This document shows, piece after piece, positions 11,111 to 25,582 of a DNA stretch of 64,000 nt (position 1 is its first letter; each line of letters starts with the position of its first letter). Position numbers and translations under genes: made by a program. This DNA is from Eledone cirrhosa (taxonomy: Eukaryota): assembly GCA_964016885.1 (NCBI GenBank), contig OZ024750.1:52080001-52144000 (forward strand). Direction: 5' to 3'. The notes under the pieces are model-generated. The model made no database searches and was not told where the DNA came from. It saw only the letters and a list, made by a program, of their open reading frames with translations.

Positions 11111-11154
<44 letters not shown>

Positions 11155-11168
11155 TTATATATATATAC

Positions 11169-11251
<83 letters not shown>

Positions 11252-11257
<6 letters not shown>

Positions 11258-11721
11258 ATTAAATAAATGGAAAACTATATTTATAAAACCATATTTATTT
11301 CATTATATATATTTCGGGGATATCATATTAACAATATGTTATGCCTTCATCAGACAAAATACAATATAAACAGTTTTATAGATAAATATATTCGACATAC
11401 CGTAATAAACATCAACTTCATTTGAAGAGGTTTACTCTAGCAGTGAAAATACAGAGAGAAAGAAAGAGAGAAAGAAAAGAGGGAAAAAAGAAAGAAAGAA
11501 AGACAAAACGAAGAAGAGGAAGAAAAAGAAGAAAAAGAAAAAGAAGAAATGCATGGGACAAAATAGAGAGATGGAAAAATAGATAAAGCGAAGAGCTTCA
11601 TGTAAAGAGACAGAAAGAGATATATATATATATAGAGAGAGGAAATAGAGATAGATACATATATATATAGAGAAAATTAGGTAGTGGGAGGTCATTTTGA
11701 GTAAGTGTATCAATGATACAT

Positions 11722-11756
<35 letters not shown>

Positions 11757-12880
11757 GCTCAAGTATTAATGTAAGGGAGATATATAGAGAGATATAGAGA
11801 GATATAGAGAGAGAAAAAAATTTAAAAATAGCCAGACATATTCGAGGCATAGAAAACCCTATGTTTTAATGTATTAGTATTTATAAAACTTACACTATAT
11901 TGTAAATATCAGTATTCCTGAATGAAACAAGTATTCACAATGTGTGAAAATTCATTATCTTATGTTTAGTTTTAAAAAATTCATATGTTTATGTGACAGC
12001 TACAAACATCAATGTGAATCCAATTGATTCACTCTGCAAACTTTTAGTTACCGGAAAACATTCTCAGTGTGGTATAAAAATTTGAGCGTATTATTATTCT
12101 TGCGATTACTCTACAAGATTATCTATCAAGCAGAAATAGAGAGCAGATTTCAATATACTAATCGAAAATATATATTATATTATAAACAAAGATAACAATA
12201 ATAATAATAATAATAAGTAAAAATATATAAAAATATAGAATAGAAAACTAAAAAAAATATATTACGAAAGAATATTACATAATAAAAATATTGCATATTA
12301 AAATACTACGTATTAAAAAATATTACGTATTAAAAATTTACATATAAAAAATTTACATATAAAAATATTAAAAATAAAATAAAAAAATAAAATAAAAAAT
12401 AAAAATATTATAGAATACTACAATACTAAAAGAATAAAAATAAAAATAAAAATAAAAATAAAAATAAAAATAAAAATAAAAATGAAAATAAAAATAAAAT
12501 AAAAATAAAATAAAAATAAACCACAAAGAACAACCCTTCAAAGTTAATTGACAATATATTGCCAAGTTCATTACAAGACAAAGCCAAAAATTATCTATCA
12601 AATCACATCTAGCAAAGAATATCGCAAAAAAAGATTATGATGTCCAATAATGTCTACATAAGTTCCTATATTTAATATAGAAGTTTATCTAGTGTAAGGT
12701 TAATTCAAAAAAATTTGGAGCATCGGCTTTTAGGGTAGCTTAATTTTTCATGAGGAATGTTTAGATAAAAAATAATAAAAAATAAAAATAAATAAAATAA
12801 AAAAAACAATAGAAAGAGTAAAAAGAGGGAATCAAAGATTTAGGAATCAAAAGATTTATCGGCTAGTTCTCATATAAATA
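11252..12880 (-). mobile_element. 3' UTR fragment of a diverged family A PLE, with internal (TTTA)n and (TAAAAA)n expansions
   Basis: 11252-11460 aligns with 1803-2010; the reverse complement of 12830-12880 aligns with ~4345-4385. Confidence 0.75.
11296..11361 (-). ncRNA. Type I hammerhead ribozyme, family A
   Basis: UAUUUUGU-CUGAUGA-stem II-GAAA-UAUAUA-UA-AUGAAAUA. Confidence 0.8.
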
Positions 12881-13133
12881 TAAATCAAACCCCTTTAACT
12901 AAATTTTGTCCGAACAACACCACTAGAAGAATTTACCTCCTCCGCCAACCCTAACACGCCTCATTAAGCTAACTGCTGCCAAAACATTCTCTCCTTACAA
13001 TCTCTACTAGTCTGACAGTCTTAAATCCTAGGACTCCCTCCACCTTACTCACTTCCCTCTTCCCCTTCTCTTCCTACCTTCTTCTTTCTCTTTTATCTAG
13101 TGTATAAAATATTTTCATATCATTCCAATACAA

Positions 13134-13250
13134 AGGTCTGACGACATGATGTGTTTGCTTACAGTGTTCCTTCGGTTTATGATAATATTTTTATATTATT
13201 CAAATAGCGAGGTATAGGTAACCCATACACTATAGAAACAATTGTTACCT
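13134..13250 (+). ncRNA. Type I hammerhead ribozyme with a ~90-nt stem II region
   Basis: Stem I AGGU/ACCU, CUGACGA (13138-13144), GAAA-CAAUUG-UU. Lies in a pyrimidine-rich PLE-like 3' UTR (~12890-13380). Confidence 0.65.
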
Positions 13251-13427
13251 AATAAATTCTTTATACCCGCATTTCCATTTCATAAACTTCTTCTCCATAT
13301 TTTCTCCGGATTTTAAAACACACTTTATTATACGTTGAGCAATCTCTGACGTCGGTTGACTCCATCCAATGCAACTACTTAGTAACATTGGAATACAAAT
13401 TTACTAATATATATATATATATATATA

Positions 13428-13600
13428 TTCTAGGGCGGGTAAAATACCCGAGATCCATGACGAGTTCTCGCCAGCGGTCTCTGTCCCTCATCATCGCTGC
13501 CATGTCCTGCGTCTCCAACAGACCAGTGTCTGTCAGTAGGGCATCAACATACGTTAACCTTGGTCTTCCTCTTCCAGTGTGTCCATGTAGTTCCAAAAGT
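13428..13600 (-). mobile_element. Short 3' fragment of the same RTE family as 8428-9729
   Basis: GRGRPRLTYVDALLTDTG...MRDRDRWR; same terminus CTAGGGCGGGTAAAA next to (TA)n. Confidence 0.85.
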
Positions 13601-13626
13601 CAGCTCAAAAGCGATATATATATATA

Positions 13627-16575
13627 ACCAAAATTAAATGAATGATGTCATGTCTGAGAAACATGCGCCATTCCACTTGTCGAATAAGCTCAAAGATTCT
13701 AAGGGATAAATCCGAGCATTTATTAGCATTAAATTAAAAATCAATTTATATATATATAAAATAAATATATCAAACAATTACAGCGGATAATTTGTAAAGA
13801 ATGTAAACACACATAGTTACGTAGGTAACTTATTAAAAATTAACGAGAACCTCGCGTATATAAAACCTTAAGCAGTTTTCTTGTTTAAGCATCCATTCCT
13901 GATAAATATAAACAAAACCTTATCTACCTTCACATTTCCTGCTCCTTACGGTTGAGCCAAACCTGCTACTTACCAACACACCATGGGAAAACACTACCTA
14001 GGCATTTCTCAAAAACATATACCATATCCTCACTATAAGGATTATCTCAAAGATCTACTTAGAACTAATGAATTCATCCGCCGGGTACGGTGGAAGGTAT
14101 TCCACTTCGAAAACAAGATCAATAACCCGATTGATAATTTTAAAAACAGTGATCATGATAATTACGACTTTATTTCGAATAAAAACCCTCCTAACAACAT
14201 AATTCTGGGGAATTTTAAGACCAGTCTACTAGATATAGTCACTAATATCAAGTTAAAAAAACATTGACACCACGGCAAATTCCAATAAGAACCTAAAAAT
14301 AACTATGGATGAACTACCAAAAGGGAAGGAATACTCATCCGTGCTGATAAAACAAACAATATAGATATTTATAGGAACTTTATAGTTAAGGAACTGAATA
14401 AGAAATATAGAAAAACGGTTAAGTCTACCATTGATAACATTAATAGGGAAGGTCTTAAGATAGTTAATCACTTAGGCATAGCTGACAGAACGGAACCATT
14501 TGTACCCCGACTTCCAGCTTTTAACTTGAAAGACCACAAGGACAACTTTAAATTTAACCCCTCTTTTAGACTAATATGCCCCTCTAAATCTGACGTAAGA
14601 CGTATAAGCAAGCGCATTTTAGATAGGGAAATAATACAAATAAAAAACAGACTGTCTTTGAAACTCTGAGCAATACCGGAGACGCAATCAACTGTTTCCC
14701 TAATTTAGAAGATAAATCCACTTATAATTTCATTCAATTTGACATAGATGACTACTATTCATCTCTTCCTCAAGTCCTTCTCAATAAAAGCCCCTATATT
14801 CGCGGTGTACAATACCAAATTAACTAGAAATGAAGGCGATGTAATGTTTGACAATGAGTACTGGACATGTAAGGATAAACAAAAACGACTTCGATATAAC
14901 TATGGGTTCTAGTGACTCGGCCCAAGTTACGGATCTTGTAGGAACATATCTCATGCACAAATTACATCTAGCTCAAATGAGGTATATATAGAGATGATGC
15001 TCTCCTACTCGTTAAGAACTTCAATGGTTAGCAGCTAGAAAAAAGAAGGAAAACTATTAGATCCTTCTTTCAACGCATGGGCCTTAAAATATCTTTTGAC
15101 AATAACCTTAAACGCATTAACTGTTTAGATATGACTTTCGACCTTAACTCCGGCATATATGAACCCTTCCATAAATCTAATGATAACTTAAACTATGTTA
15201 ATCCAACCACCCCAATAGGAAAACATCACAAGTATACCACACAAAATTTGCAAATTTAAATACCAATGGCTCAAAGCCCCACAGTGGCGAGACAAGATAA
15301 TACTGCAAATAAGAAAACACCAAGGAGGTCCCACACGAAATCATACCTATGGTATAATCCTCCGCATAACGATCTGGTAACTACTAAGCTATCCTATCTC
15401 TTCTTCAAACTTATAGACGAACACTTTCCTCCAACACACAAATTCCATAGAATACTAAATAGAGACACGATTCGACTATCCTATTCCACCACAACTAACC
15501 TGGGCTATTCCATCATGAAATTGAATAACAAGCACCTCCAGGGGTATAGCAATACCAACAGTCAACGGAAACCCGGACTTATTTGAATCCTCAGCAACAT
15601 CCGCAGCTTCCAACACTTAGCAGACCAGCACCAACAAATACCAACGTCTCTTCCACTTAACGCGCATATCCGGAGCAACAACAAAATACCCGGAATAACA
15701 CCCACAACACTGGAACCAGGGAAGAAACCACACACTAGGGACAAACTGCAACTGCAGAAATCCCGGCAATTGTCCGTTATCGGATAAATGTTTGTACAAA
15801 AATTTCATTTATCAATGTGTGGTCAAATCTAAACTGGGAATATATAAATATGTGGGTGCTACTTCGAATATGTTCAAGAAAAGATGGTATGTACACTCCC
15901 ACGCGTTTAGAATTCCCAGTTTAGCTAGATCTACGGCCCTGGCGAAAAGTCTTGGATCTGAAACACGTTAATATTAAATACACACTACAATGGTCCGTGA
16001 TGAAATTCGCCCGTTCATACCGGAATGAAAGACGCCCCTGTTAATTATGTCTGGCGGAAATAATTGAAATAGCGACCCGGCATGATAGAGTATTTAATTG
16101 CAACACACAAGGTTCTAAAGACCTTCGCAAAATACCAACTGGACTAAAACAAGATTCGATCCCAAGATTTTGCTATATCCTGTTTAGTACATTTCCTGTG
16201 ACATTTGAACTTTTCACACTTACCCCAAGAATTCAGTAATCTTCAAAACAATCTCAATTTCTTAATTCTTTTTCCACCTTACCCACTCTATCCTACTCTT
16301 AATTTCTAACCTCTCCTTTTCTGTCCTTCTCTTTATACCTTCTCTACCCTCTCGACCATATATGGCAAACAACAAAACCTTCACCTATACCAATGGTCAA
16401 AGAATAATTGTTTCACATCAAATAATTAAGTATTGCATTTGATTGAACAATAAATATTGTAGTCACCATATGTAGACAATTATAATAGACACGAAAACAT
16501 ATGTTAAAGCAAATACATTCCTAATTTCCTTTATATTTTACTTGTGCAATTTCCTTTATATTTTACTTGTGCAAT
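13627..16575 (+). mobile_element. Degenerate, apparently full-length Naiad-type PLE (ORF ~13983-16110, many stops and frameshifts)
   Basis: N-terminus SQKHIPYP...EFIRRVRWKVFHF; ADKTN, RLICPSKSD, FIQFDI, FDITMGSSDSAQVTD, YRDD, WYNPP, CNCRNPGNCPL, YVG. (TA)n on both sides. Confidence 0.88.
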
Positions 16576-16759
16576 ATATATATATATATATATATATAGT
16601 TCTCTGTCTCTCTGTCTTTTCCTTATACAATCTCAAATCAAATTAAATTTTATAAGGTAGTTAGACCTCGGGATTAACAACATTAATCTTTTATGTTAAT
16701 TTTTACAAGTGTGTAACCACATGGAATATATACAGGGAAGATTAATCATATTATAAGGT

Positions 16760-17015
16760 ATCTATTTTTGAAGTTCTGGTCAACATTATTTAGTTACCTA
16801 CCTAGCTATGTGTGGTTACACACTTGTAAAAATTATCTCATGTAATTATTCATGTTTATTTATATGTTAATCAATTTCTAATTATTATAAAATGCTCGGA
16901 CCTACTCGTTAGAATCTTAGAGCTTATTTTACGGGTGATATGGCACATGTCTTTCTGGCATGACACCCATAATTTTGATTTAGATTAAATTCATTTGATT
17001 TATCTTAATTTTGTA
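16760..17015 (-). mobile_element. Inverted, diverged paralog of the 5' UTR of the 13627-16575 element
   Basis: The reverse complement aligns with 13627-13850 (shared AATAAGCTC.AAGATTCTAA, TCCGAGCATTT, CACACATAG.TA.GTAGGTAACT). Confidence 0.7.
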
Positions 17016-17029
17016 TATATATATATATA

Positions 17030-17659
17030 TATGAAAATATGGGTGAGAAGAATACTGCTGGTTGCACATGGATAACATGTTATAAAATGAGTCCCTCATC
17101 AGTGATTTACCAAACGATCATGGGTATTTCATCGCATTAAAAATCATATACCTCCCGTTGGAGCGATAATAACTAAAATAAGTTATTAGGACAATAGAAA
17201 CGCGTAAAGCGAGTGAGACAAGTAAACAACACAGGGGGGGGGGGGGAAGCTAACCGAAGATGGAAATAAACACAAGCAACATAGTTATTCTTTCAGCATA
17301 AGCTGTGTGAATATATGAGCGAGTCAGAAAACAGACCTTTCGCTAGTGAATCCGGTGTTACAAAGAATGAAAACCGTTTTCCCAGCGAACGGGAGGAAGA
17401 AAGAAGGGGAGAAACAGGGACTGAGTGAGTGGGAGTGCGAGGAAGAGGTCAGTAGAGAGAAAGAGTTAACTGACATGGCAGAGGAGACGAAAGAAAGTAA
17501 GAGAAACAGAGAGAACGAGGGAGCAGTAAGAGAGAAAGAGAGAAACACAGAATTGCAGTTTGGCTAAATATATGAAAATATGGGTGAGAAGAATACTGCT
17601 GGTTGCACATGGATAACATGTTATAAAATGAGTCCCTCATCAGTGATTTACCAAACGAT
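17030..17659. repeat. ~630-bp non-coding unit bounded by ~90-bp direct repeats (17030-17119 and 17570-17659)
   Basis: Identical TATGAAAATATGGGTGAGAAG...CTCATCAGTGATTTACCAAACGAT at both ends; (TA)n flanks. Confidence 0.85.
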
Positions 17660-17661
17660 AA

Positions 17662-17695
<34 letters not shown>

Positions 17696-17899
17696 AATAT
17701 AAAACGAAAAATCAGTGATGCATCTGGACTTAATTTATTGTGGGTTAAGGGAAATTCTTTAAAACCTAATTCTTTAAAGCTCTGCTTAGAGTGACAAAGG
17801 CCAGGAGAATTCTATAAACCAGTTCAAAATATTCGGTGCCTATCATTTCATTATTGTCATGTTTCTCTTAAGATAAATTCCAGGTGTCAACAGACACGT

Positions 17900-19811
<1,912 letters not shown>

Positions 19812-19814
19812 GAT

Positions 19815-20336
19815 AAATCTACCAAAAGTTTACGGTAGTGTCCAATCCGTATGAAGAACTCAATGTAATCCGGATATCATGAAAAGAGAAGATGCATTCA
19901 AAAACTACTTTCGGTGAAAAATAAACGGAAAACAGAGTCAAGATAAATTATTAAAAAAATAATGAATAAACAAAGAAACAGTTCCCTATATTAAAAAAAA
20001 ATCATTATTTTACGATCGTTTCTAGGATACATATGTGTTAGAGTTGGTATGCATATTCTATAGATCTATGTACAATATTTCTACAAACTATCAGAGGGAA
20101 TATACATACCTACACATATATATGCTGTCTTCAGAAATAATTATTTCTGAAGACAGCATATATATGTGAAGGTATGTATATTCCCTCTGATAGTTTGTAT
20201 AAATATTGTACATAGATCTATAGAATATGCATACCAACTCTAACACATATGTATCCTAGAAACGATCGTAAAATGATGAATTTTTTAATATAAGGAACTG
20301 TTTCTTTGTTTATTCATTATTTTTTTAATAATTTAT
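19815..20336. mobile_element. Fold-back PLE-end element (family D): spacer-less palindrome 19943-20336 centred at 20140/20141, plus a tail
   Basis: Arms of ~197 bp are near-perfect reverse complements; (TA)n flanks. Confidence 0.88.
20141..20276 (+). ncRNA. Type I hammerhead ribozyme with long stem II, family D; mirror copy at 20005-20140 (-)
   Basis: Stem I UUAUUU/AAAU(G/A)A, CUGAAGA, stem II AUAUAUAUGUG..GGUAUGUAUAUUC/GAAUAUGCAUACC..CACAUAUGUAU, GAAA-CGAUCG-UA. Confidence 0.78.
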
Positions 20337-20354
20337 ATATATATATATATATAT

Positions 20355-20756
20355 AATGTAGGAGGTGAGTTTTATTGTAGTACAATAAAGCAATGCAGAT
20401 ATCGGATAAGAAGCACTCTACAGTTTGTGGGACTGGAGTATGCATAATATAAGATCAAAAGATGGTTAAAGGAGTTCCATATATTTTATTATGCGCATTT
20501 CAAAAACAAACATCATCATGCAATAATATTTGTGTTTTTTAATCAGATAAAATAGGAGAACATGATATGAAGGCTAAAAAACACTTGTGGATAGTGCAGT
20601 TGATTTAAAACTGCACTATCCACAAGTGTTTTTTAACCTTCATATCATGTCTTCCTGTTTTATCTGATGAAAACACAAATATTATTGCATGATGATGTTT
20701 GTTTTTGAAATGCGCATAATAAAATATATGGAACTCCTTTAACCATCTTTTGATCT

Positions 20757-20764
<8 letters not shown>
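20355..20764. mobile_element. Fold-back PLE-end element (family E): arms 20444-20601 and 20609-20764, tail 20355-20443
   Basis: Inverted arms of ~157 bp with a 7-nt spacer; (TA)n flanks. Confidence 0.88.
20658..20724 (+). ncRNA. Type I hammerhead ribozyme, family E; mutated mirror copy at 20484-20552 (-)
   Basis: Stem I UUUUAU/AUAAAA, CUGAUGA, stem II ACAAAUAU/AUGUUUGU, GAAA-UGCGCA-UA. Confidence 0.88.
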
Positions 20765-20833
<69 letters not shown>

Positions 20834-20902
20834 TATACATATGTATGTGTGTATATATATACATATATATATATATACATATATATACATATGTATATCC
20901 CC

Positions 20903-20957
<55 letters not shown>

Positions 20958-21449
20958 CACACACACTAACTGATACTAATTATTTACCTTACTGTAAGAA
21001 ACTTTAACCTGATTAGCATAATAAATAGTGAAACATCTCCATGTGTTACAGTGATGTCTGTTTAGATCATTAAAACTAATCAGCTCAATATCATTTGTTC
21101 TTATACGTGGCTCATTTGGCAGAGTTCTAACAACTTTCCCTACTTCCCTTCCGAGTCGATATAGAAAGTATTAGCCCCGATGTTGGTGCATTCCTCTATC
21201 CTTCGAGATGTCACATTCTGGATTTCCGGTGAATCGAGGGAGTGAGAGAGGGAGGGGGGAGAGAGAGAAAGAGAGAGGGGGAGAGGGAGGGGGAGAGAGA
21301 GAAAGAGAGAGGGGGAGAGTTAAGGGGGAGGGTACTTGTGGCTGCTCCTCATACTATGGACACCTAAAATCTTTTAACAAAACATGGTACATGCTACCAA
21401 GTCATACTCGATTGTGAGTAACGGGGTATGGTTATATAAAAGAGGCGGG

Positions 21450-21542
21450 ACCCCGACGGCTGAGCTCTTGCTGTTTCAACAGCTAGATCCAGACTGAATC
21501 GCAGATGTATTGGCGGTGGAAAAAACTATTTCATCAGGAGAT
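21450..21542 (-). ncRNA. Type I hammerhead ribozyme with a full-length stem III, family F
   Basis: Reverse complement: AUCUC-CUGAUGA-AAUAGUU...AGCUGUU-GAAA-CAGC-aagagcuca-GCCG-UC-GGGGU. GUC cleavage triplet. Confidence 0.8.
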
Positions 21543-21885
21543 TCCAATGACCAAATAAGGGCATAATATCTTAGGAGATCTGAGAACGCATCACTGCACG
21601 AGGTATTATATGTTGTGCCAAAAGTAGAAAGAATTATATTTCCTACTGCCTCGGGAACAGTAAGCATTATATCTTGTTCTATTTCTCTTAGACTTGAACA
21701 ATATAACTCCCCTAGAGACTATGGCGGTTCTTGGATTGTTGGTAGTTCCAATGGTTCTTCTTCATATGAAGCCAAGGTAGGGAGTTCTTATATAAGCGAA
21801 GTTAGAGGAAAAACAATTTCTGTCTATCTTGTTTAGACTCCCTTAATTAGAGTTTTTTCTCATTTAATTTTAATATATAATATTG

Positions 21886-22002
21886 TTGCTACGTTGGGCA
21901 CAAGGCCAGCAATTACCTCAGTGCATTACTGGTACTTTATTTTATCGACCCCGTAAGGATGAAAGGCAAAGTTAACCTCGGCGGGATTTGGTTAACTTTG
22001 CC
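21886..22002 (-). mobile_element. 5'-truncated SINE (family of 57290-57483) with an 18-bp target-site duplication
   Basis: Reverse complement of the GCCTTTCATCCTTACGGGGTCGATAAAATAAAGTACCAG domain; TTTTAATATATAATATTG at 21868-21885 and 22003-22020. Confidence 0.85.
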
Positions 22003-22068
22003 TTTTAATATATAATATTGCTTCTCAGAGAGATTTCTTTCATTGAGATGTCTGGGTATTAGAGACTA

Positions 22069-22129
<61 letters not shown>

Positions 22130-22204
22130 TGGCGAAGGGTAACCTGGAAAGCAGGGCATGCAGTCCAATCGCCATGGCGGAAAGTGGGGCTGTGCCTTAC
22201 TCCC

Positions 22205-22619
<415 letters not shown>

Positions 22620-22770
22620 CACTTTTCTAAAAAACAAAGCATACACAAAACGCCAGCACCAACAGTTTTGCAAGAGATGTCAACATGAATGGACCTGTTA
22701 TTTTTATCTAAAGATATTTTTTACAATTCCATCCCGCCCGTCTCCTTAATCTATTTTATTTCTCATTCTT

Positions 22771-22806
22771 TCTTCTGATGAAGGACTAGCGTCCGAAACG
22801 TTAAGA
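22771..22806 (+). ncRNA. Minimal type I hammerhead ribozyme
   Basis: UCUU-CUGAUGA-A-GGAC-uagc-GUCC-GAAA-CG-UU-AAGA. Confidence 0.82.
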
Positions 22807-22985
22807 CCCTCTTCCTGCTATATCAAGCGTTAACCTAACATATACCTTCCATATACTGTACCGATTGTGTTGTTATTTCTGTTTACCTTTAACATATATA
22901 TATATATATATGTAGGAGGTTGATATGTTGATTTAAAACTGCACTATCCACAAGTGTTTTTTAGCCTTCATATCATGTTCTCCTG

Positions 22986-23052
22986 TTTTATCTGATGAAA
23001 ACACAAATATTATTGCATGATGATGTTTGTTTTTGAAATGCGCATAATAAAA
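22986..23052 (+). ncRNA. Type I hammerhead ribozyme, family E (in fragment ~22910-23090)
   Basis: Same sequence as 20658-20724; fragment flanked by (TA)n. Confidence 0.88.
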
Positions 23053-23085
23053 TACATGGAACTCCTTTAACCATCTTTTGATCTT

Positions 23086-23116
<31 letters not shown>

Positions 23117-23299
23117 GCACATAAAACTTAGCAGCAGAAATTATTAAATAAAACGAGCTTGATATGAAAAGGGGAGAAAGGAGGTGAAGACTAAATCAAT
23201 ATATTCTGTGTGAATTAGGTTATATTTAATTATTTGAATTAGTTAATTAGATGAAACGTCTGTTACCCTTTCACCACCTTGTCACAAATTAGTGAAGAG

Positions 23300-23385
23300 A
23301 CAACAACAACAACAACAGCAATATCAACAGCAACAGCAACAACACCAGCAACAACACCAGCAACAACACCAGCAACAACAACAAC
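23300..23385. repeat. (CAA/CAG/CAC)n trinucleotide repeat
   Basis: Directly visible. Confidence 0.9.
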
Positions 23386-23657
23386 GAATGAAAGTTAAAA
23401 TTTGGGAGAATATAGCGCATAAGTGTGAGATGCCTAGAGTGCTAAATACCCAGGTAGCAGCTCTGTATACACTCTAACCACTCCCTTTGACGCCCTATTC
23501 TTGGGACTATTTTTACTAACAAAACACATCTCACAGCTGTTGAATGGCTGAAGGGAACGTCGATAAAAGAGTTAAAAAACAGTTTCCCCTTTCTTTGTTT
23601 ACTACGAAACTTTAGTTAAAATATAATTATATATTTTCTGTATGCATGAAATATCTT

Positions 23658-23691
<34 letters not shown>

Positions 23692-23726
23692 TATATATAT
23701 ATAGATATATATATCTATATCTATAT

Positions 23727-23769
<43 letters not shown>

Positions 23770-24202
23770 TATATATAAATGAGAGGTATAGAGATTGTTT
23801 TAGCAAGAAGCTAACGGCATTCTATAACATATATGCGACTATAACGTCAAGATGGGAAAAGTAGTTAACGAAAGATTTAGGAAAAATAACTCAAACTCAT
23901 CTCAAAAGAGAATCAGGATATAAATTCATCCACAGAATTTAGTAAAATCCAGGGAAAAATCTATAGACCTTTAACTCATGATAAAATACAGTTTGAAACA
24001 CTTATCCTTCAATTTGGAATAACATCAAATGCTCTGTATAGTCTTAAAAGACTATTTCATGAAAACTTTCAGTGGAGATGGTCACGGTTGGATTTCATTC
24101 ATCAGCAGAGCTCAACAGAAACCAGGGCTCTCACAGTAGTATAATCCGAAAAAGGGAATTCTAAAACTGGCTAGTTCGCCTTCATGTGTATTTATGAAAA
24201 AG

Positions 24203-24257
<55 letters not shown>

Positions 24258-24292
24258 ATATACATATACATATATATATATATATATATATA

Positions 24293-24415
24293 GGTGTGTG
24301 CTGAGTGGTTAGATAATTGGATTCGCAATCGTAAGGTTGTGAGTTCGATTCCTGGACCAGTTGATGCGTTATGACCTTGAGCAAGACACTTTATTTCACG
24401 TTGCTCCTTCTACCT
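24293..24415 (+). mobile_element. tRNA-derived SINE head with a CORE-like motif
   Basis: A-box-like TGCTGAGTGG, B box GAGTTCGATTCC, then CCTTGAGCAAGACACTT. Confidence 0.7.
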
Positions 24416-24505
24416 GGAGTTGCGACCGATAGATTAGTATTAGCAATTGGAAAGACCAACGGAAACATTGTTCCCTCGGTCCGATTTGACGAAAGTCGAT
24501 CGTTC

Positions 24506-24548
<43 letters not shown>

Positions 24549-24940
24549 TGAAACGAAGCTTATCGATTAGAATGAACACAGCGTCTGTCTGTACCGCCTA
24601 GGTTAACTTTGCCTTTCATCCTTACGGGGTCGATAAAAGTAGAAACAATTATTAATACTGACGGAATAAGCACGTGTGTATTTCTCCCCCTTTTACTCAT
24701 TTTACCCGTTCCTTCCTCTTCTCATTCTTTTCTCAGTCATGAGCTGGGGTCGATCTAATCGACTTCCCCCTCCCCCAAAATTGCTGGCCTTGTGCCTAAA
24801 TAAGAAACCATTCTTTTCTTTTTATTTATCTTCTATTTCTAACTCTAACCTTAACACTCTTTTCCTGCTATTTCAAGCGTTAAACTAATATATTTCGTCA
24901 ATGTACTGTGTCGTATGCTTTGTTATTTCTGTTTCCCTTT

Positions 24941-24976
<36 letters not shown>

Positions 24977-24977
<1 letters not shown>

Positions 24978-25187
24978 GTAATAATAATAAATTTGAAGAC
25001 TAAAATCCAAAGAGGGCTCGATAAGGATAAATATATATCAAATATATAAGAACTGTAGAGCAAATATTTATTAAAATAACAGATTAAAGTTTAAGCAAAG
25101 AATCGCTGCTTTCACCCTTAACTGGATCTTCAGAAGATCCAGTTAAGGGTGAAAGCAGCGATTCTTTGCTTAAACTTTAATCTGTTA

Positions 25188-25195
<8 letters not shown>
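24977..25195. mobile_element. Fold-back element, family C: perfect 63-bp arms (25069-25131 and 25133-25195), 1-nt loop, tail 24977-25068
   Basis: Directly visible palindrome GATCTTC-A-GAAGATC; (TA)n flanks. Confidence 0.9.
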
Positions 25196-25256
<61 letters not shown>

Positions 25257-25454
25257 TTTTGAATGAGGAATGTTCTAACAACTGACCAATGAGAGGAGAA
25301 GAGGCCCTTTGACACTGAAATTCGTTTGTTTGAATTCATATGATTCCAGTTCCTCAGTGAAATAACAACCCAACCAGGAACTGGGCATATCAGAGTATTG
25401 ACAAAATTATACACCTCAACAACATATGTACTTGTCTATACCACACTAATTCGG

Positions 25455-25509
25455 ACTGCCTGAAGAGGTCACAGCCAAAGATGGCTGTCACCGAAATATA
25501 TATAGCAGT
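25455..25509 (+). ncRNA. Type I hammerhead ribozyme, family B (in fragment ~25256-25560)
   Basis: Stem I ACUGC/GCAGU, CUGAAGA, stem II GGU-c-ACAGCCA/UGGCUGU-c-ACC, GAAA-UAUAUA-UA. Confidence 0.9.
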
Positions 25510-25582
25510 AATAAACGAAGTTAAATTTTAAACATTTGACTTTTTATTTTACTTTATTTTATATATTTATATATATATATAT

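Larger units (their letters stand above)
10255..11114. mobile_element. Fold-back PLE-end element (family C); arms ~10705-10795 and ~11028-11114
   Basis: Arms are reverse complements; same tail and arm sequence as 24977-25195; (TA)n on both sides. Confidence 0.75.

Noticed and set aside
23292-23477. PolyQ protein exon
   Set aside because: Only a trinucleotide repeat; no splice or domain support.
24045-24112. Hammerhead on - (CUGAUGA-AUGAAA...UUUCAU-GAAA-UAGUC)
   Set aside because: Stem I cannot form with the downstream sequence; possibly a decayed or recombined copy, so not called.
24293-24365. Functional tRNA gene
   Set aside because: A/B boxes are present but there is no proper cloverleaf, and it continues into a SINE core motif.
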